A DNA stretch of 64,000 nt from Macrostomum hystrix (GCA_950097015.1 CATNEN010000030.1:2542001-2606000); one strand, 5' to 3'. Shown: positions 11,601 through 23,824, counted from the stretch's first letter. The notes: generated by a model from the sequence alone, not told the origin. Program-made: numbers and translations.

Positions 11601-13655
11601 GATTTCAGCCTGTGACTCAGCCGCAGCAGCTGCAAAATGAACCTGGAATCGCTTTAACTCCTTCGCGGTTTCCTCAGTCGATGAATCAGCAGCAGCAACA
11701 GCAGAAAGCGCCACAGCCGCCCCCGCCTCCTGCGCCGCTGCCGTTGGGCCAGCCAGAATTTGAAGAATTCGACGATGATCTGCTAGAAGATGTTGATGAC
11801 GATATTGACGGTAAGTTGTAAACAATAGCTGTCTGGTGTTTTGGCTTCTAGCTAGTGTAAAAATTGATTAATAAATTACAGAGATCTCTTCCGATGATGC
11901 TGTCACAGAAATACTCAAGGAGCTGTCAAATCATAATCAACGGTAAAGTTTTCGCTTTTTTCTGCTTTAGTTGTTCACTAGCACAAACTATATTTGGGTT
12001 TATTCATTATTAAATTTGCAGGCACGAGCAACGCACAGCCTCAATGCAGCGTCTGGTTCGCATGGTGCGCGACAACTCAGTGGACAGCTGGGATGAGCAT
12101 TTTAAAACTGTTCTACTACTTCTGCTGGAAACTCTGGGCGACAATGAGGTTAGTGCTTCATTTGTTTTTCATTGTTGGATAAAATTTCACTCACGTGCAC
12201 TGTTTGCACTTTTGTAAGCATAACACTGCTCATAGTATAGCATAACACTGCTCATAGTATAGCACAATACTGCTCATAGTATAGCACAACACTGCTCATA
12301 GTATGGCATAACACTGCTCATAGTATAGCACAACACTGCTCATAGTATGGCATAACACTGCTCATAGTATAGCACAACACTGCTCATAGTATGGCATAAC
12401 ACTGCTCATAGTATAGCACAATACTGCTCATAGTATAGCATAACACTGCTCATAGTATGGCATAACACTGCTCATAGTATAGCATAACACTGCTCATAGT
12501 ATAGCACAACACTGCTCATAGTATGGCATAACACTGCTCATAGTATAGCACAATACTGCTCATAGTATAGCACAACACTGCTCATAGTGTGGCATAACAC
12601 TGCTCATAGTATAGCATAACACTGCTCATAGTATGGCATAACACTGCTCATAGTATAGCATAACACTGCTCATAGTATAGCACAATACTGCTCACAGCTC
12701 GCTGTCACAGAGCATAATACTGCTAATTGTATCGCAGAACACTGCTCACAGCCCACTCTGTCAACTGAGCAGAACACTGCTCACAGCCCACTCTGTCACT
12801 GAGCAGAACACTGCTCACAGCCCACTCTGTCACTGAGCAGAACACTGCTCCCAGCCCACTCTGTCACTGAGCAGAACACTGCTCACAGCCCACTCTGTCA
12901 ACTGAGCAGAACACTGCTCACAGCCCACTCTGTCACTGAGCAGAACACTGCTCACAGCCAACTCTGTCACTGAGCAGAACACTGCTCACAGCCCACTCTG
13001 TCACTGAGCAGAACACTGCTCACAGCTCACTTTGTCACGGAGCAGAACACTGCTTATGGCTCGCTGTCACCGAGCGGAACGCTGCTCACAGCTCACTGTA
13101 CTTCTCCCCGAACAGGCGGACATCCGCACGCTGGCGCTAGCCGTACTGCAGGAGCTCATCCGCGCCCAGCCACGCCGCCTGGCCAACTACACGGAGCTGA
13201 CTCTGTTAAAAATTCTCGAAGCTCACCGCGACACTGACAAAAGCGTTGCTAAGGCGGCTGAAGACTGCGCCAAACACGTGGCCGCCCACTTGCCCGGCGA
13301 TGTCTGCCTGCGCGTCCTCACGTCGCTGATTAGCGAGCCGGACGCCAGCTTGGCCCTGGCCGCTGTCAAGATGCAGATGCGCGTTGTTCAGGAGTGCGAG
13401 CCGCGGGCCGTGGAGGCCGCCCTGCCGGACCTCTGTCCGGGCCTGGTGCGCTGCTGCGATCACTCCGAGTCGCAGATTCGCAAAGCTGCCATCTTCTGTC
13501 TGGTGCAGATGTACATGAAAGTTGGCGAAACGCTTCTGCTGCACCTAAAGGATATGAGCAGTACCAAGAGGCGATTGTTGCAGCTGTACATCTGCAAGGC
13601 CCGGGTTGGCACGCCCCAGGATCCCAGCGGTGGGGCCATACAGCCTGTCAGCTAA
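569..13655 (+). CDS. CLASP: CLIP-associating protein (CLASP/orbit), multi-exon, 5'-partial (TOG1 not in window)
   Basis: Phase-consistent GT-AG exons: ~569-741 (5' edge uncertain), 1778-1839 (GAGSVDEDAFLIAFEQVPKLN), 3543-3896 (VYSNRE...DLRSQVVREAC, TOG2), 4911-5033, 5582-6226 (S/R-rich, SGIP = SxIP motif), 8124-8441 and 8890-9293 (TOG3: ELKKVCEIFGKLF, KSPDVRK), 11164-11810, 11882-11942 (ILKELSNHN), 12022-12148 (WDEHFKTVLLLLLETLGD), 13116-13655 (CLIP-binding domain, SESQIRKAAIFCLV, stop). Motifs recognised from metazoan CLASP1/2. Candidate cassette exons at 7681-7722 and 10368-10454. Confidence 0.95.
713..726. promoter_or_regulatory. Palindromic RFX X-box-like site GTTGCCTAGGCAAC
   Basis: Fits GTNRCC-N0-3-RGYAAC and lies in an 18-bp palindrome (711-728). 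Function not shown. Confidence 0.4.
1905..3130. repeat. 30-bp minisatellite TGGGATGTGTTTCAATACACTTTCTTGAAA (CLASP intron)
   Basis: About 40 units, homogeneous core, degenerate edges. Confidence 0.97.
3135..3440 (+). mobile_element. SINE-A, 5'-truncated
   Basis: Body and (ATT)n tail match the consensus. Confidence 0.9.
5090..5545. repeat. 17-bp minisatellite GGACCAGATTCCAGTTA
   Basis: Direct inspection. Confidence 0.95.
6355..7375. repeat. 30-bp minisatellite ATGACTAGGTTATGTATTGAATGKGCTCAA
   Basis: Direct inspection. Confidence 0.97.
9411..9776 (-). mobile_element. tRNA-derived SINE family A, full length with 13-bp TSD
   Basis: A-box TGGCAGAGCGG, B-box AAGTTCGATTCC, (ATT)n tail. TSD ATCCCAACGGTTA at 9398-9410 and 9777-9789. 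Confidence 0.92.
9835..10140 (-). mobile_element. SINE-A
   Basis: Tail, body and head match the 9411-9776 copy; internal deletion. Confidence 0.88.
10768..11085 (-). mobile_element. SINE-A
   Basis: Tail, body and tRNA-like head present. Confidence 0.88.
12218..13095. repeat. Composite array: 22-bp unit (12218-12695) grading into a 34-35-bp unit (12730-13095), both containing AACACTGCTCA
   Basis: Direct inspection. Confidence 0.93.
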
Positions 13656-13859
13656 CATTGCGTCTGCTATTCAAGCCTGTTTGTCTTTCTGTTATGCTTG
13701 TCTGCTTTTTCGAATGCCGCATGTCAATCAAGATCTCTGCTTTGCCTGTTGTCTCCATCTTCTCGCTTGCGGTCTTATCTACCTCCTGCTTTGCCATTTT
13801 CTCTAACTTATATTTGTCCTCTTTTCACTTTCTCAACCCGTCTGTCTTCCTGTCTTCTT

Positions 13860-15975
13860 CTTCTCTCCCCTGTCCTATTTGTCCTCTCTCCCCTGTCCTG
13901 TTTTTCCTCTCTCCCATGTCCTGTTTTTCCTCTCTCCCCTGTCCTGTTTTTCCTCTCTCCCCTGTCCTATTTGTCCTCTCTCCCCTGTCCTATTTGTCCT
14001 CTCACCCCTGTCCTATTTGTCCTCTCTCCCCTGTCCTATTTGTCCTCTCTCCCCTGTCCTATTTGTCCTCTCACCCCTGTCCTATTTGTCCTCTCTCCCC
14101 TGTCCTATTTGTCCTCTCTCCCCTGTCCTATTTGTCCTCTCTCCCCTGTCCTATTTGTCCTCTCCCCTGTCCTGTTTGTCCTCTCTCCCCTGTCCTGTTT
14201 GTCCTCTCTCCCCTGTCCTGTTTGTCCTCTCCCCTGTCCTATTTGTCCTCTCTCCCCTGTCCTATTTGTCCTCTCACCCCTGTCCTATTTGTCCTCTCTC
14301 CCCTGTCCTATTTGTCCTCTCACCCCTGTCCTATTTGTCCTCTCTCCCCTGTCCTATTTGTCCTCTCACCCCTGTCCTATTTGTCCTCTCTCCCCTGTCC
14401 TATTTGTCCTCTCTCCCCTGTCCTATTTGTCCTCTCTCCCCTGTCCTATTTGTCCTCTCTCCCCTGTCCTATTTTTCCTCTCTCCCCTGTCCTATTTGTC
14501 CTCTCTCCCCTGTCCTATTTGTCCTCTCTCCCCTGTCCTATTTGTCCTCTCTCCCCTGTCCTATTTGTCCTCTCCCCTGTCCTATTTGTCCTCTCCCCTG
14601 TCCTATTTGTCCTCTCCCCTGTCCTATTTGTCCTCTCCCCTGTCCTATTTGTCCTCTCCCCTGTCCTATTTGTCCTCTCCCCCCTGTCCTATTTGTCCTC
14701 TCCCCTGTCCTATTTGTCCTCTCCCCTGTCCTATTTGTCCTCTCCCCTGTCCTATTTGTCCTCTCTCCCCTGTCCTATTTGTCCTCTCTCCCCTGTCCTA
14801 TTTGTCCTCTCCCCTGTCCTATTTGTCCTCTCCCCTGTCCTATTTGTCCTCTCCCCTGTCCTATTTGTCCTCTCCCCTGTCCTATTTGTCCTCTCCCCTG
14901 TCCTATTTGTCCTCTCCCCTGTCCTATTTGTCCTCTCCCCTGTCCTATTTGTCCTCTCCCCTGTCCTATTTGTCCTCTCTCCCCTGTCCTATTTGTCCTC
15001 TCTCCCCTGTCCTATTTGTCCTCTCCCCTGTCCTATTTGTCCTCTCCCCTGTCCTATTTGTCCTCTCCCTTGTCCTATTTGTCCTCTCCCCTGTCCTATT
15101 TGTCCTCTCCCCTGTCCTATTTGTCCTCTCCCCTGTCCTATTTGTCCTCTCCCCTGTCCTATTTGTCCTCTCCCCTGTCCTATTTGTCCTCTCTCCCCTG
15201 TCCTATTTGTCCTCTCTCCCCTGTCCTATTTGTCCTCTCCCCTGTCCTATTTGTCCTCTCCCCTGTCCTATTTGTCCTCTCCCCTGTCCTATTTGTCCTC
15301 TCCCCTGTCCTATTTGTCCTCTCTCCCTTGTCCTATTTGTCCTCTCTCCCCTGTCCTATTTGTCCTCTCTCCCCTGTCCTATTTGTCCTCTCCCCTGTCC
15401 TATTTGTCCTCTCCCCTGTCCTATTTGTCCTCTCTCCCCTGTCCTATTTGTCCTCTCCCCTGTCCTATTTGTCCTCTCTCCCCTGTCCTATTTGTCCTCT
15501 CTCCCCTGTCCTATTTGTCCTCTCCCCTTTCCTATTTGTCGTCTCTCCCCTGTCCTATTTGTCCTCTCCCCTGTCCTATTTGTTCTCTCCCCTGTCCTAT
15601 TTGTCCTCTCTCCCCTGTCCTATTTGTCCTCTCCCCTGTCCTATTTGTCCTCTCCCCTGTCCTATTTGTCCTCTCCCCTGTCCTATTTGTCCTCTCCCCT
15701 GTCCTATTTGTCCTCTCCCCTGTCCTATTTGTCCTCTCCCCTGTCCTATTTGTCCTCTCTCCCCTGTCCTATTTGTCCTCTCTCCCCTGTCCTATTTGTC
15801 CTCTCTCCCCTGTCCTATTTGTCCTCTCTCCCCTGTCCTATTTGTCCTCTCTCCCCTGTCCTGTTTGTCCTCTCTCCCCTGTCTTATTTGTCCTCTCTCC
15901 CCTGTCCTGTTTGTCCTCTCTCCCCTGTCTTATTTGTCCTCTCTCCCCTGTCCTGTTTGTCCTCTCTCCCTTGTC
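13860..15975. repeat. 20/22-bp pyrimidine-rich minisatellite CCTCT(CT)CCCCTGTCCTATTTGT
   Basis: About 100 units downstream of the CLASP stop. Confidence 0.97.
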
Positions 15976-16026
15976 TTCTTCCAGTTATTCGTATTTGGCT
16001 CTTCAGTATCAAATAGTTAGAAAACT

Positions 16027-16032
16027 AATAAA
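16027..16032 (+). terminator. First canonical AATAAA after the CLASP stop (candidate polyadenylation signal)
   Basis: No AATAAA seen between 13655 and 16027. Confidence 0.4.
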
Positions 16033-16767
16033 ATTTCATTTTAACTTTACTTCTCTGTGTGTCTATCTTAGGAAAAATGTAAACATTTTACTTAGCTATG
16101 CCATGATCCGTAGTCATTTATACACTCGCATACACTTACCTGACTCGCCTTAAATTAAACTGGTGAGAAAAAATAGTCTGCCAATGCTTATTTTCCTGTT
16201 CATCATTATTCGGCTTTCGCGACTTGGCCAATGTTAAAGAAGTATACATTAATTGTGTTCCAATAAGACAAATCGATCTCTGTGTTCTAACCTAAGCATA
16301 CACAAACCCAATGCCATGTATTATCTATCTAATAACACTGGAGTCCATTGTCGCGAGAAATTGAGTGCGCCAGTCACTGTTTATTTGCTGATTGAATGCG
16401 TGCGAAGTGTAAATAGCGAACCGCTTTGATTGGTTGCTTATTCGCCTGCCACTACCATAGTCGCCCCTGCCCCGTCATTACTTGTTTCATATGGCATTTT
16501 TCACATTTACATGTTTTGTGTCTTGTTGTTACTTCTAGACACTAAAGTAAGAAATGATTCGGCATTGTTCATTGTAGTTAGGCCTAAATAAAAAAGTCTT
16601 AGCTTATTTCATCATTCTTACACATCAACTTGCCGTGCCATAATGCTTACCTTTTTAGCAGTTTTTACTATTTACTGGCCAGTTCTTCGGGTGCTGAAAC
16701 AACTGAAAGAGATTATCAGATTAATAATAAAAGTATCATTTTTTGGTTGAACACTTTGGGCACTTGC

Positions 16768-17058
16768 ACATCATTTGGTGACAGTGGACCATTCCGCTGA
16801 CTCCTGAGCACACACTCACACAGATATTGTACACAGGCACACACTCACACAGGTGTGTACACCTGCCCTGACTTTCTCATCGTCAGGCGGTGTAAACTTT
16901 CAATGTGCCTTCGAGGTTGGCCTTTAAGGGCGTAAATTGCACGACAAGCCCACAAGCCTTCTCTCCGCGGCTGCGCCCCAAATTAATGCGGCCTCGCCAT
17001 GGAATCGAACTTAGGGACCGTGGTGCGAGAGGCAAACGCGTAGGACCGCTCCGTCACT
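16768..17058 (-). mobile_element. SINE-A
   Basis: Body and head match; 3' part deleted. Confidence 0.85.
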
Positions 17059-17879
17059 TAGCCCTCGATAGTGTATTATCATATATTTCAGTTTAAAAGC
17101 AATCGATTCACAAATTTCCCTGGTTGCTAGGCTACCGGAAGATTTGGTTTGCAAAGTACCAGTTATTAACCAATGAACAGTTAATTCATATCATTAATTT
17201 AGTTTAGTAAAACTCAAAGCTTATAAGATAGGCCATTCTAGTCTAAATTGTTGGTGATGTTTCTAATTCTTTAAAACCAATGTCACTGATTGTCAGGAAT
17301 TGACCAAGGACCCCATATGACTGTACTCTCTCTATTCCATGTGCTTCAGTTGCACTTTATTTATTTATTTATTTCTATTTTTTCCACATTTAAAGCTGCG
17401 AGTGCATACAATCTGTTCCAGTTCCATCGTCAAGCTCAACCAATATGAGATTAAAGTTTTCCTATTTTTATTAAGTATTATTGACAGCACCGTTTAGAAA
17501 AAAATCATTTGAATAAACTCGACCATACCACGGACCATTCCTCCGATTCCCTTGGCATATTGTTTTGTTGCTTTTTAACTTATTTTTTTTATTTTTAAAT
17601 TAGTTTTTTATCTTTGTGTCGGTTTTTACATTTGAAATTCGGAAATAAGTTTATTGCGAATACAAACGCGTCTCTGTTGTGATATTACTGATTTGTTGTT
17701 TCATTTCTTAAGAAATAGGAGCAAAAATCTCTATTTCAAAGCACGTGTGTTTTAATTCTTACTTTTAACTAATAGTTCGTGAAATTTCTGAAGGCAGTTT
17801 AAATTTTCGGAATATCCTTTAAACTTCTGTTAAATGAAACCCGACGTTATATCACTCAAAATAACTATCTTAATCAAAT

Positions 17880-18720
17880 ACCTCTACATTTCCTGGAATT
17901 CCAGAATCTTCCTCAAATCCCACCGGATCTTCGTAAAATCTCTAAATCTTCCTCAAATCCCACCGGAACTTTATTAAATCCCTTTAAATTTTCCTGGAAT
18001 TCCAGAATCTTCCTCAAATCCCACCGGATCTTTATCAAATCCCTGTACATTTTCCTGGAATTCCAGAATCTTCCTCGAATGCCACCGTAACTTTATCAAA
18101 TCCCTGTAACTTTTCCTGGAATTCCAGAATCTTCCTCAGATGCCACCGGATCTTTATCAAATCCCTTTAAATTTTCCTGGAATTCCAGAATCTTCCTCAG
18201 ATGCCACCGGAACTTTATCAAATCCCTGTAATTTTTTCTGGAATTCCAGAATCTTCCTCAGATGCCACCGGATCTTTCTCAAATCCCTGTACATTTTCCT
18301 GGAATTCCAGAATCTTCCTCAAATCCCTCCGGATCTTTATCAAATCCCTGTACATTTTCCTGGAATTCCAGAATCTTCCTCGAATGCACCGGATCTTTAT
18401 CAAATCTCTCTAAATTTTCCTGGAATTCCAGAATCTTCCTCAAATCCCACAGCATTTTTTATCAAACCCCTCTACATTTTCCTGGAATTCCAGAATCTTC
18501 CTCAAATCCCACCGGATCTTTATTAAATCCCTCTAAATTTTCCTGGAACTCCAGAATCTTCCTCAAATCCCACAGCATTTTTTATCAAATCCCTCTAAAT
18601 TTTCCTGGAACTCCAGAATCTTCCTCAAATCCCACAGCATTTTTTATCAAATCCCTTTACATTTTCCTGGAATTCCAGAAGCCTTTTCAAATCCCACTGG
18701 ATCTTTATCAAATCCTTCTA
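17880..18720. repeat. 61-bp minisatellite containing TTCCTGGAATTCCAGAA
   Basis: Unit spacing of 61 bp measured at 17993/18054/18115/18176. Confidence 0.95.
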
Positions 18721-19469
18721 AATTTCCCTTTAAAATTTAGAATTTTCCTTAAATCCTTTCTACTCATTAAAATCCTTCTTTATTTCTCAAACCCGTCTGA
18801 CTTCCCGAAATCCATCCTACTTCTATTTGAATCCCTAAGAAAGGAGATTGCCGCTTAAATGTCTCATTTTGAAGCCTTGTTATTGTTTGATTTGAATCTC
18901 CAATCAAATGGCTTGGCTAACTTATAGTTTCCATTTTCGTGTTGTTAGACAGGCAAAACTTTTTATTTTTATGCAACGAAATTTAAAGTACAAATGGAGA
19001 TTTCGAGTCCGTGTTGTAATTATTTTTTCGTATATTAGAAAACTAAATTTCCGCATCATTTTGTATTTTTTTGACATCGCGACTGCGCATTTGTTAAGCC
19101 AAACAGCTGAGTCAGCCCACCTGACCATATATCAACTCACCTACACCATGTTTCACCATTAGTAGTACAAGTTTGAGTCGCTGAATTACACACTCCGAAC
19201 TGGCAGTGATTCTCTGTTAGGTTTCCTATATTATTGCAGGCTAATTGCTCCGCCTTTGCTTTACTTTTTATTGTGAATCTTCTTATATAAATATACATAT
19301 TTAAACTGTTATGCCTGATCACTTGTGCCCGTCTCATTGCTCTAAGACCATTCAATTTGCGAGTCATTTGGCTAAAAAACTGTCTGGACCTTGTTTTCGG
19401 ACTTTGCTCTCTTTGCTGAAGGAAAGATGTTCCACTTCCATCTCCGGGCTCAAGTCACTCTACTCTCCA

Positions 19470-19990
19470 CAAAGCACACCAGACGACCAGAGTCACTTCG
19501 GTCTCCACACAGCACACGAGAGTCACCCTGGTCTCCACAAAGCACACGAGAGTCACTCCGGTCTCCACAAAGCACACCAGAGTCACTCCGGTCTCCACAA
19601 AGCACACCAGAGTCACTCCAGTCTCTACAAAGCACACCAGAGTCACTCCAGTCTCTACAAAGCACACCAGAGTCACTCCAGTCTCTACAAAGCACACCAG
19701 AGTCACTCCAGTCTCTACAAAGCACACCAGAGTCACTCCAGTCTCTACAAAGCACACCAGAGTCACTCCAGTCTCTACAAAGCACACCAGAGTCACTCCA
19801 GTCTCTACAAAGCACACCAGAGACACTTCGGTCTCCACAAAGCACACCAGAGTCACTCCGGTCTCTACAAAGCACACCAGAGTCACTCCAGTCTCTACAA
19901 AGCACACCAGAGTCACTCCAGTCTCTACAAAGCACACCAGAGTCACTCCAGTCTCTACAAAGCACACCAGAGTCACTCTCCACAAAGCAC
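19470..19990. repeat. 30-bp minisatellite GTCTCTACAAAGCACACCAGAGTCACTCCA
   Basis: Direct inspection. Confidence 0.96.
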
Positions 19991-20982
19991 ACCAAAGCAC
20001 ACTTCACCCCTGATTTGCAGAAAAATTTCAGGATTTGAACCTTAGCGCATTCTACTTGCAGTAGCTTAGTCGCGAAAAGCTTTTTACAAAGAGGTTACAA
20101 CCGTTTGGGCACAGCCGGTGCCCGCCTTAATTAACTAATGAGAGAATGCCTCCACTGACTGCGATTCACCTGGAGTGCCTCTTTTCCGGTTGTTTATCTT
20201 TTTCTCCCGGGCTCTGCTCTCTCCTTGTTGCAGAAGAAAAATGCAAAATCAGGCAAGTTGGCAATCGATTGCTTCGAATCGCACCTGCCGCAGTTTTGTT
20301 TGGCACCCAATGCTGCAGTTGTTCTCGCCCCCTCTCTCTGTCTCTCTATCCACTGGATGCTTGACTTCAAGTCTTTGGATTGTCGTCTGAATCCTTGGCT
20401 CGATGCACTTCATATACGGACGTGCCGTTGGATTCATTTTTGCAGATATTTCATGTGAAGTCCGTGAAGCTCTCTTTGATTTATTTGCTGATACTCGTAA
20501 ACAGCGAAATTGTGCTAACTTGGCAACTAAGATTATAAGTGCTTGAATTGAGAATGAATAAAACGTTTTGTAAGAAACTTACCTGTTTTTCAGTTTATTT
20601 TACTCTATCTACACCCTCGGATAAATAACCCACCAGTTTGTGCATTATCCCACCAGTACTCGTAGTTGATTATCCCACCAGTTAGCACGCCAACCCCTCA
20701 GCTAATTATCACACCATTTAGTACATATATTATCCCCTTAGATAATTATCCCACCAGTTAGCACGTTATCACCGCAGATAATTTTTTAGCATATTATTCT
20801 TTTAGTTTTGAAACTATACCCAGTTTTTTGGCTCGCAAAAAGATCATATAATTTTTTGTCCTAAGTGAGATAAAATAATTAAGAATAAAGACAATAAAGC
20901 AAAAAAAATGTATTAAAACAAAATCAGGAAATATTCAAGTGCTTGTACGAGAGCATGCATATCAAGGTCATTTTCAAGGTCA

Positions 20983-23341
20983 TTAGTGCCCCTTGTCCAG
21001 CATCACTAGCTCATTGCGCTTTGGGGGCTGCGGCTTTCGCAACATCTGCCCAGACGGTGATGCTGCGGCATCTTGCAGTCTTTGCTGCTGCTGCTGCTGC
21101 TGCTGCTGCCTTCCTGCCTGTCTCAGGGAGGCCTCCAGGAAGACCGTTCTCTGTCGCCTCAACTGTGAAGATGGAGAGTAAACACGGTTCTTCGAGTTCC
21201 ATTATGTAGAGTTGGTAGCTTATAGGTCGGGATTGCCCGAAACTCAGACCAGAATACACTTTGTGTCGTTTAGCAACATGCATTTATTCCTCACTAATAA
21301 GCTTCTGAGATGTGCAGGACCAAAAATCATAAGATTATAACCAATCAAAGAAAGGACAATTAAATACATCCAACAGGAAATCCGGTCTGAATACTCTGAC
21401 AATCAGTGAAGATCAATCTCTTCCCCTCAATCGTTCCAAGCCTTTAATGTCTATGGCCACTGCTTGTTTATATCTCTCCTGCTAAACTTGCCATAACTTT
21501 TGCCATAGACGACTGGAGTGTGCAACTCCATGTCAGACAGAATGCACACTCGTTGTGTCTTAGACAGTAGCCTATTGTTGCGAAATCAGGACCCTCTTGG
21601 CTATATTTAGAGATCCCTTATTAAATAAACCGGTTTTTGCCATAGACACCAGGCCATTGAACCCATGAGCCAATGGCTGCATCTTGCAAACCTGCGCAGG
21701 CGGCTCCTCATAGTCCTGGCTGACAACATAGTGAAAAGTCTTCTCCCTGCTCTGCAGGCCAGCCTGTCGGAAGCTGCGCGCCGCGCTGTCCCTCGATGCC
21801 GATGTTGGCGGCGGCTGGCCAGACGGCTGTCCGGCTGTGGCGATGCGGCCGGCTTTGAGGTCCACAATCATCGGCGAATGATCGTTGAACACCCGGTTGA
21901 GGTTCATGTCGCGGTTGGCCAGCTCCAGTTTGTACTTCATCAGCTCCCGCTGCAGCCGTTCGCACTCTTCCTCCAGCTGGCGCTCGGACTGTCCAGTGGT
22001 TGTGGAGCGTGTGAATAGCGTGTGGATCACTTTACCTGTTAGACAGGATGGCTATACCTGTTAGACAGGATGGCTATACCTGTTAGACAGGATGGCTATA
22101 CCTGTTAGACTGGATCACTATACCTGTTAGGCAGGATCGCTATACCTGTTAGACAGGAACACTATACATGTTAGACAAGATCACTATACCTGTTAGACAC
22201 GATCACTATACCTGTTAGACAGGATCACTATACCTGTTAGACAGGAACACTATACCTGTTAGACAAGATCACTATACCTGTTAGACACGATCACTATACC
22301 TGTTAGACAGGATTAATGGCTGTAAGCTAGACGACCACTGAGAGGGATTGTAACCCGCTGGTTTTGAACGACAGGTCAGGAGCTCGAATCTCAGCCTATC
22401 GGAAGGCAATTTGTTCCCCATTACTCAATTCAGCCAGCTGTGAAATGAGTATCCGCATTAGCTCGGTTAGAAATTTGGTTGGCTGTGGCAGCCTCCACAG
22501 TCCACGGACTGAACTGCTGTACACAGACTTGTATTGCTCATTTCCAGATATTGTGCTCCACAAAGGGCCGCTGACTTGCCTGACTCTGAGCAGCTCCTCT
22601 GTCGCCGCGCCCACCCAGCGGTTGAACTAGGCCCTCTGACAGCCGCCTGCTAGCGTCTCGCTTCATCATGCGCAGCTCATTCTCGATCTGCTTGTTCTTC
22701 TGCCTGAGCGCCTCCGCCGACCTAGCCTGCTCCTCGGCGTAGGCCTGCAGCTCTGCGCACTCCTTGTTCCACTTGACCGCCCGCCGCTTGGCCGCCTCCA
22801 CCTCCTTGCCGAGCTCGTCCGTCATTCGCTCCCGTTCGGTCAGCTTGTAGGACAGCTTCGCCAGCTTCTCCTTGAGGCCGGCGTTTTCCTCCTCCACTAG
22901 GCGGCTTCTCTCGCCCTTCTCTGACAGCTCGATGGTGACGCTGCTCCGCAGGCTGTCGATCTCCCTGCCGGCCTCCTCCAGCATCCGCTTCATCTGGTCG
23001 CGGCTCTCACGCAGCCGACTGAGCTGGGCCTCCCGATCAGCCAGCTGGCGCTCCAGTCTGACCCGCTGCTCATCGAATTCGCGTCTCCGCTGGGCCAGGT
23101 CGGCGTCCAGCCGTTTGGCGGTGTCGTCGCGCTCTCTGGCCAGCAGCTCATGGGCTTCCAGGCGCTCGGCTGCGTCCCGCCGGGCCGATTCCAGCTCCGC
23201 GGCGAAGGCGGAGCGCACGGCGGCCAGCTCGCACTCGCGCTCGTGCTGCCGCTTGAAGAGCAGGTGCACCACCTGGGTTAGCTCGGCGATCTTCTTGGAG
23301 ACCCGGTACTCGAAGCTGAGCCTCGGCTCGCCCAGATTCAT
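20983..23341 (-). CDS. FAM184: FAM184-family coiled-coil protein, compact (~416 aa), 3 exons
   Basis: Exons 23341-22615, 22035-21692, 21162-20983. N-terminal SKKIAELTQVVHLL resembles FAM184A SKKIAQLTKVIYAL; YKLELANRDMNLNRVFN resembles the C-terminal YQLELVNRETNFNKVFN. Donors GTGGGC and GTTTGC are inferred from phase; the last exon has polyQ and a TAA stop. Confidence 0.75.
22031..22312. repeat. 22-bp array CTATACCTGTTAGACAGGATCA including the FAM184 exon-2 acceptor
   Basis: 13 units. Confidence 0.95.
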
Positions 23342-23501
23342 GGCTTAAACTCGCCTTAGTCTCGGCTCAAATCCTTAACTTGCCGGCCTTAGAATGGCTG
23401 CGCTATTTCATGCGCATTTATTCGCTGTGCACTAGACAATTTTGCAACTATTGTCTCCGATCTAGCTAGACCCCCTACCCACTAAACCCTCTGTCTGACC
23501 A

Positions 23502-23532
<31 letters not shown>

Positions 23533-23824
23533 TTTGCTGCTGCCATAAAGAAGAACGCCTTTGAAGAAAGAAGAGAAAAGCGAATGCGCACAGTCGAAAT
23601 CTGTCTTGAGACAAGCTGTGCCACTCCAACTTCTCTCTCAAATTAGTGAAAAATTGAGGTGGAGGGTGCGCGACTTTGGGGCAACGCTTTGATGAGTTTT
23701 TAGTCTAGAAAGGAAATTTAGCAATGTACGAGCTATTAGCGGAATTTCCGATGCTACACAACTTCATTACAAAGGTTATTAGACCGGACCGAAGCACTTT
23801 AAAGCTGTATCAATACTGTATAAC

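Noticed and set aside
13394-16153. 919/772/713-aa ORFs (PCPICPLSPVLFVLS repeats)
   Set aside because: They are translations of the 20/22-bp array, open in all three frames and downstream of the real CLASP stop.
22396-22614. 72-aa minus-strand ORF as an extra FAM184 exon
   Set aside because: It starts at the inferred donor, has no phase-compatible boundaries, and overlaps a SINE-B fragment.
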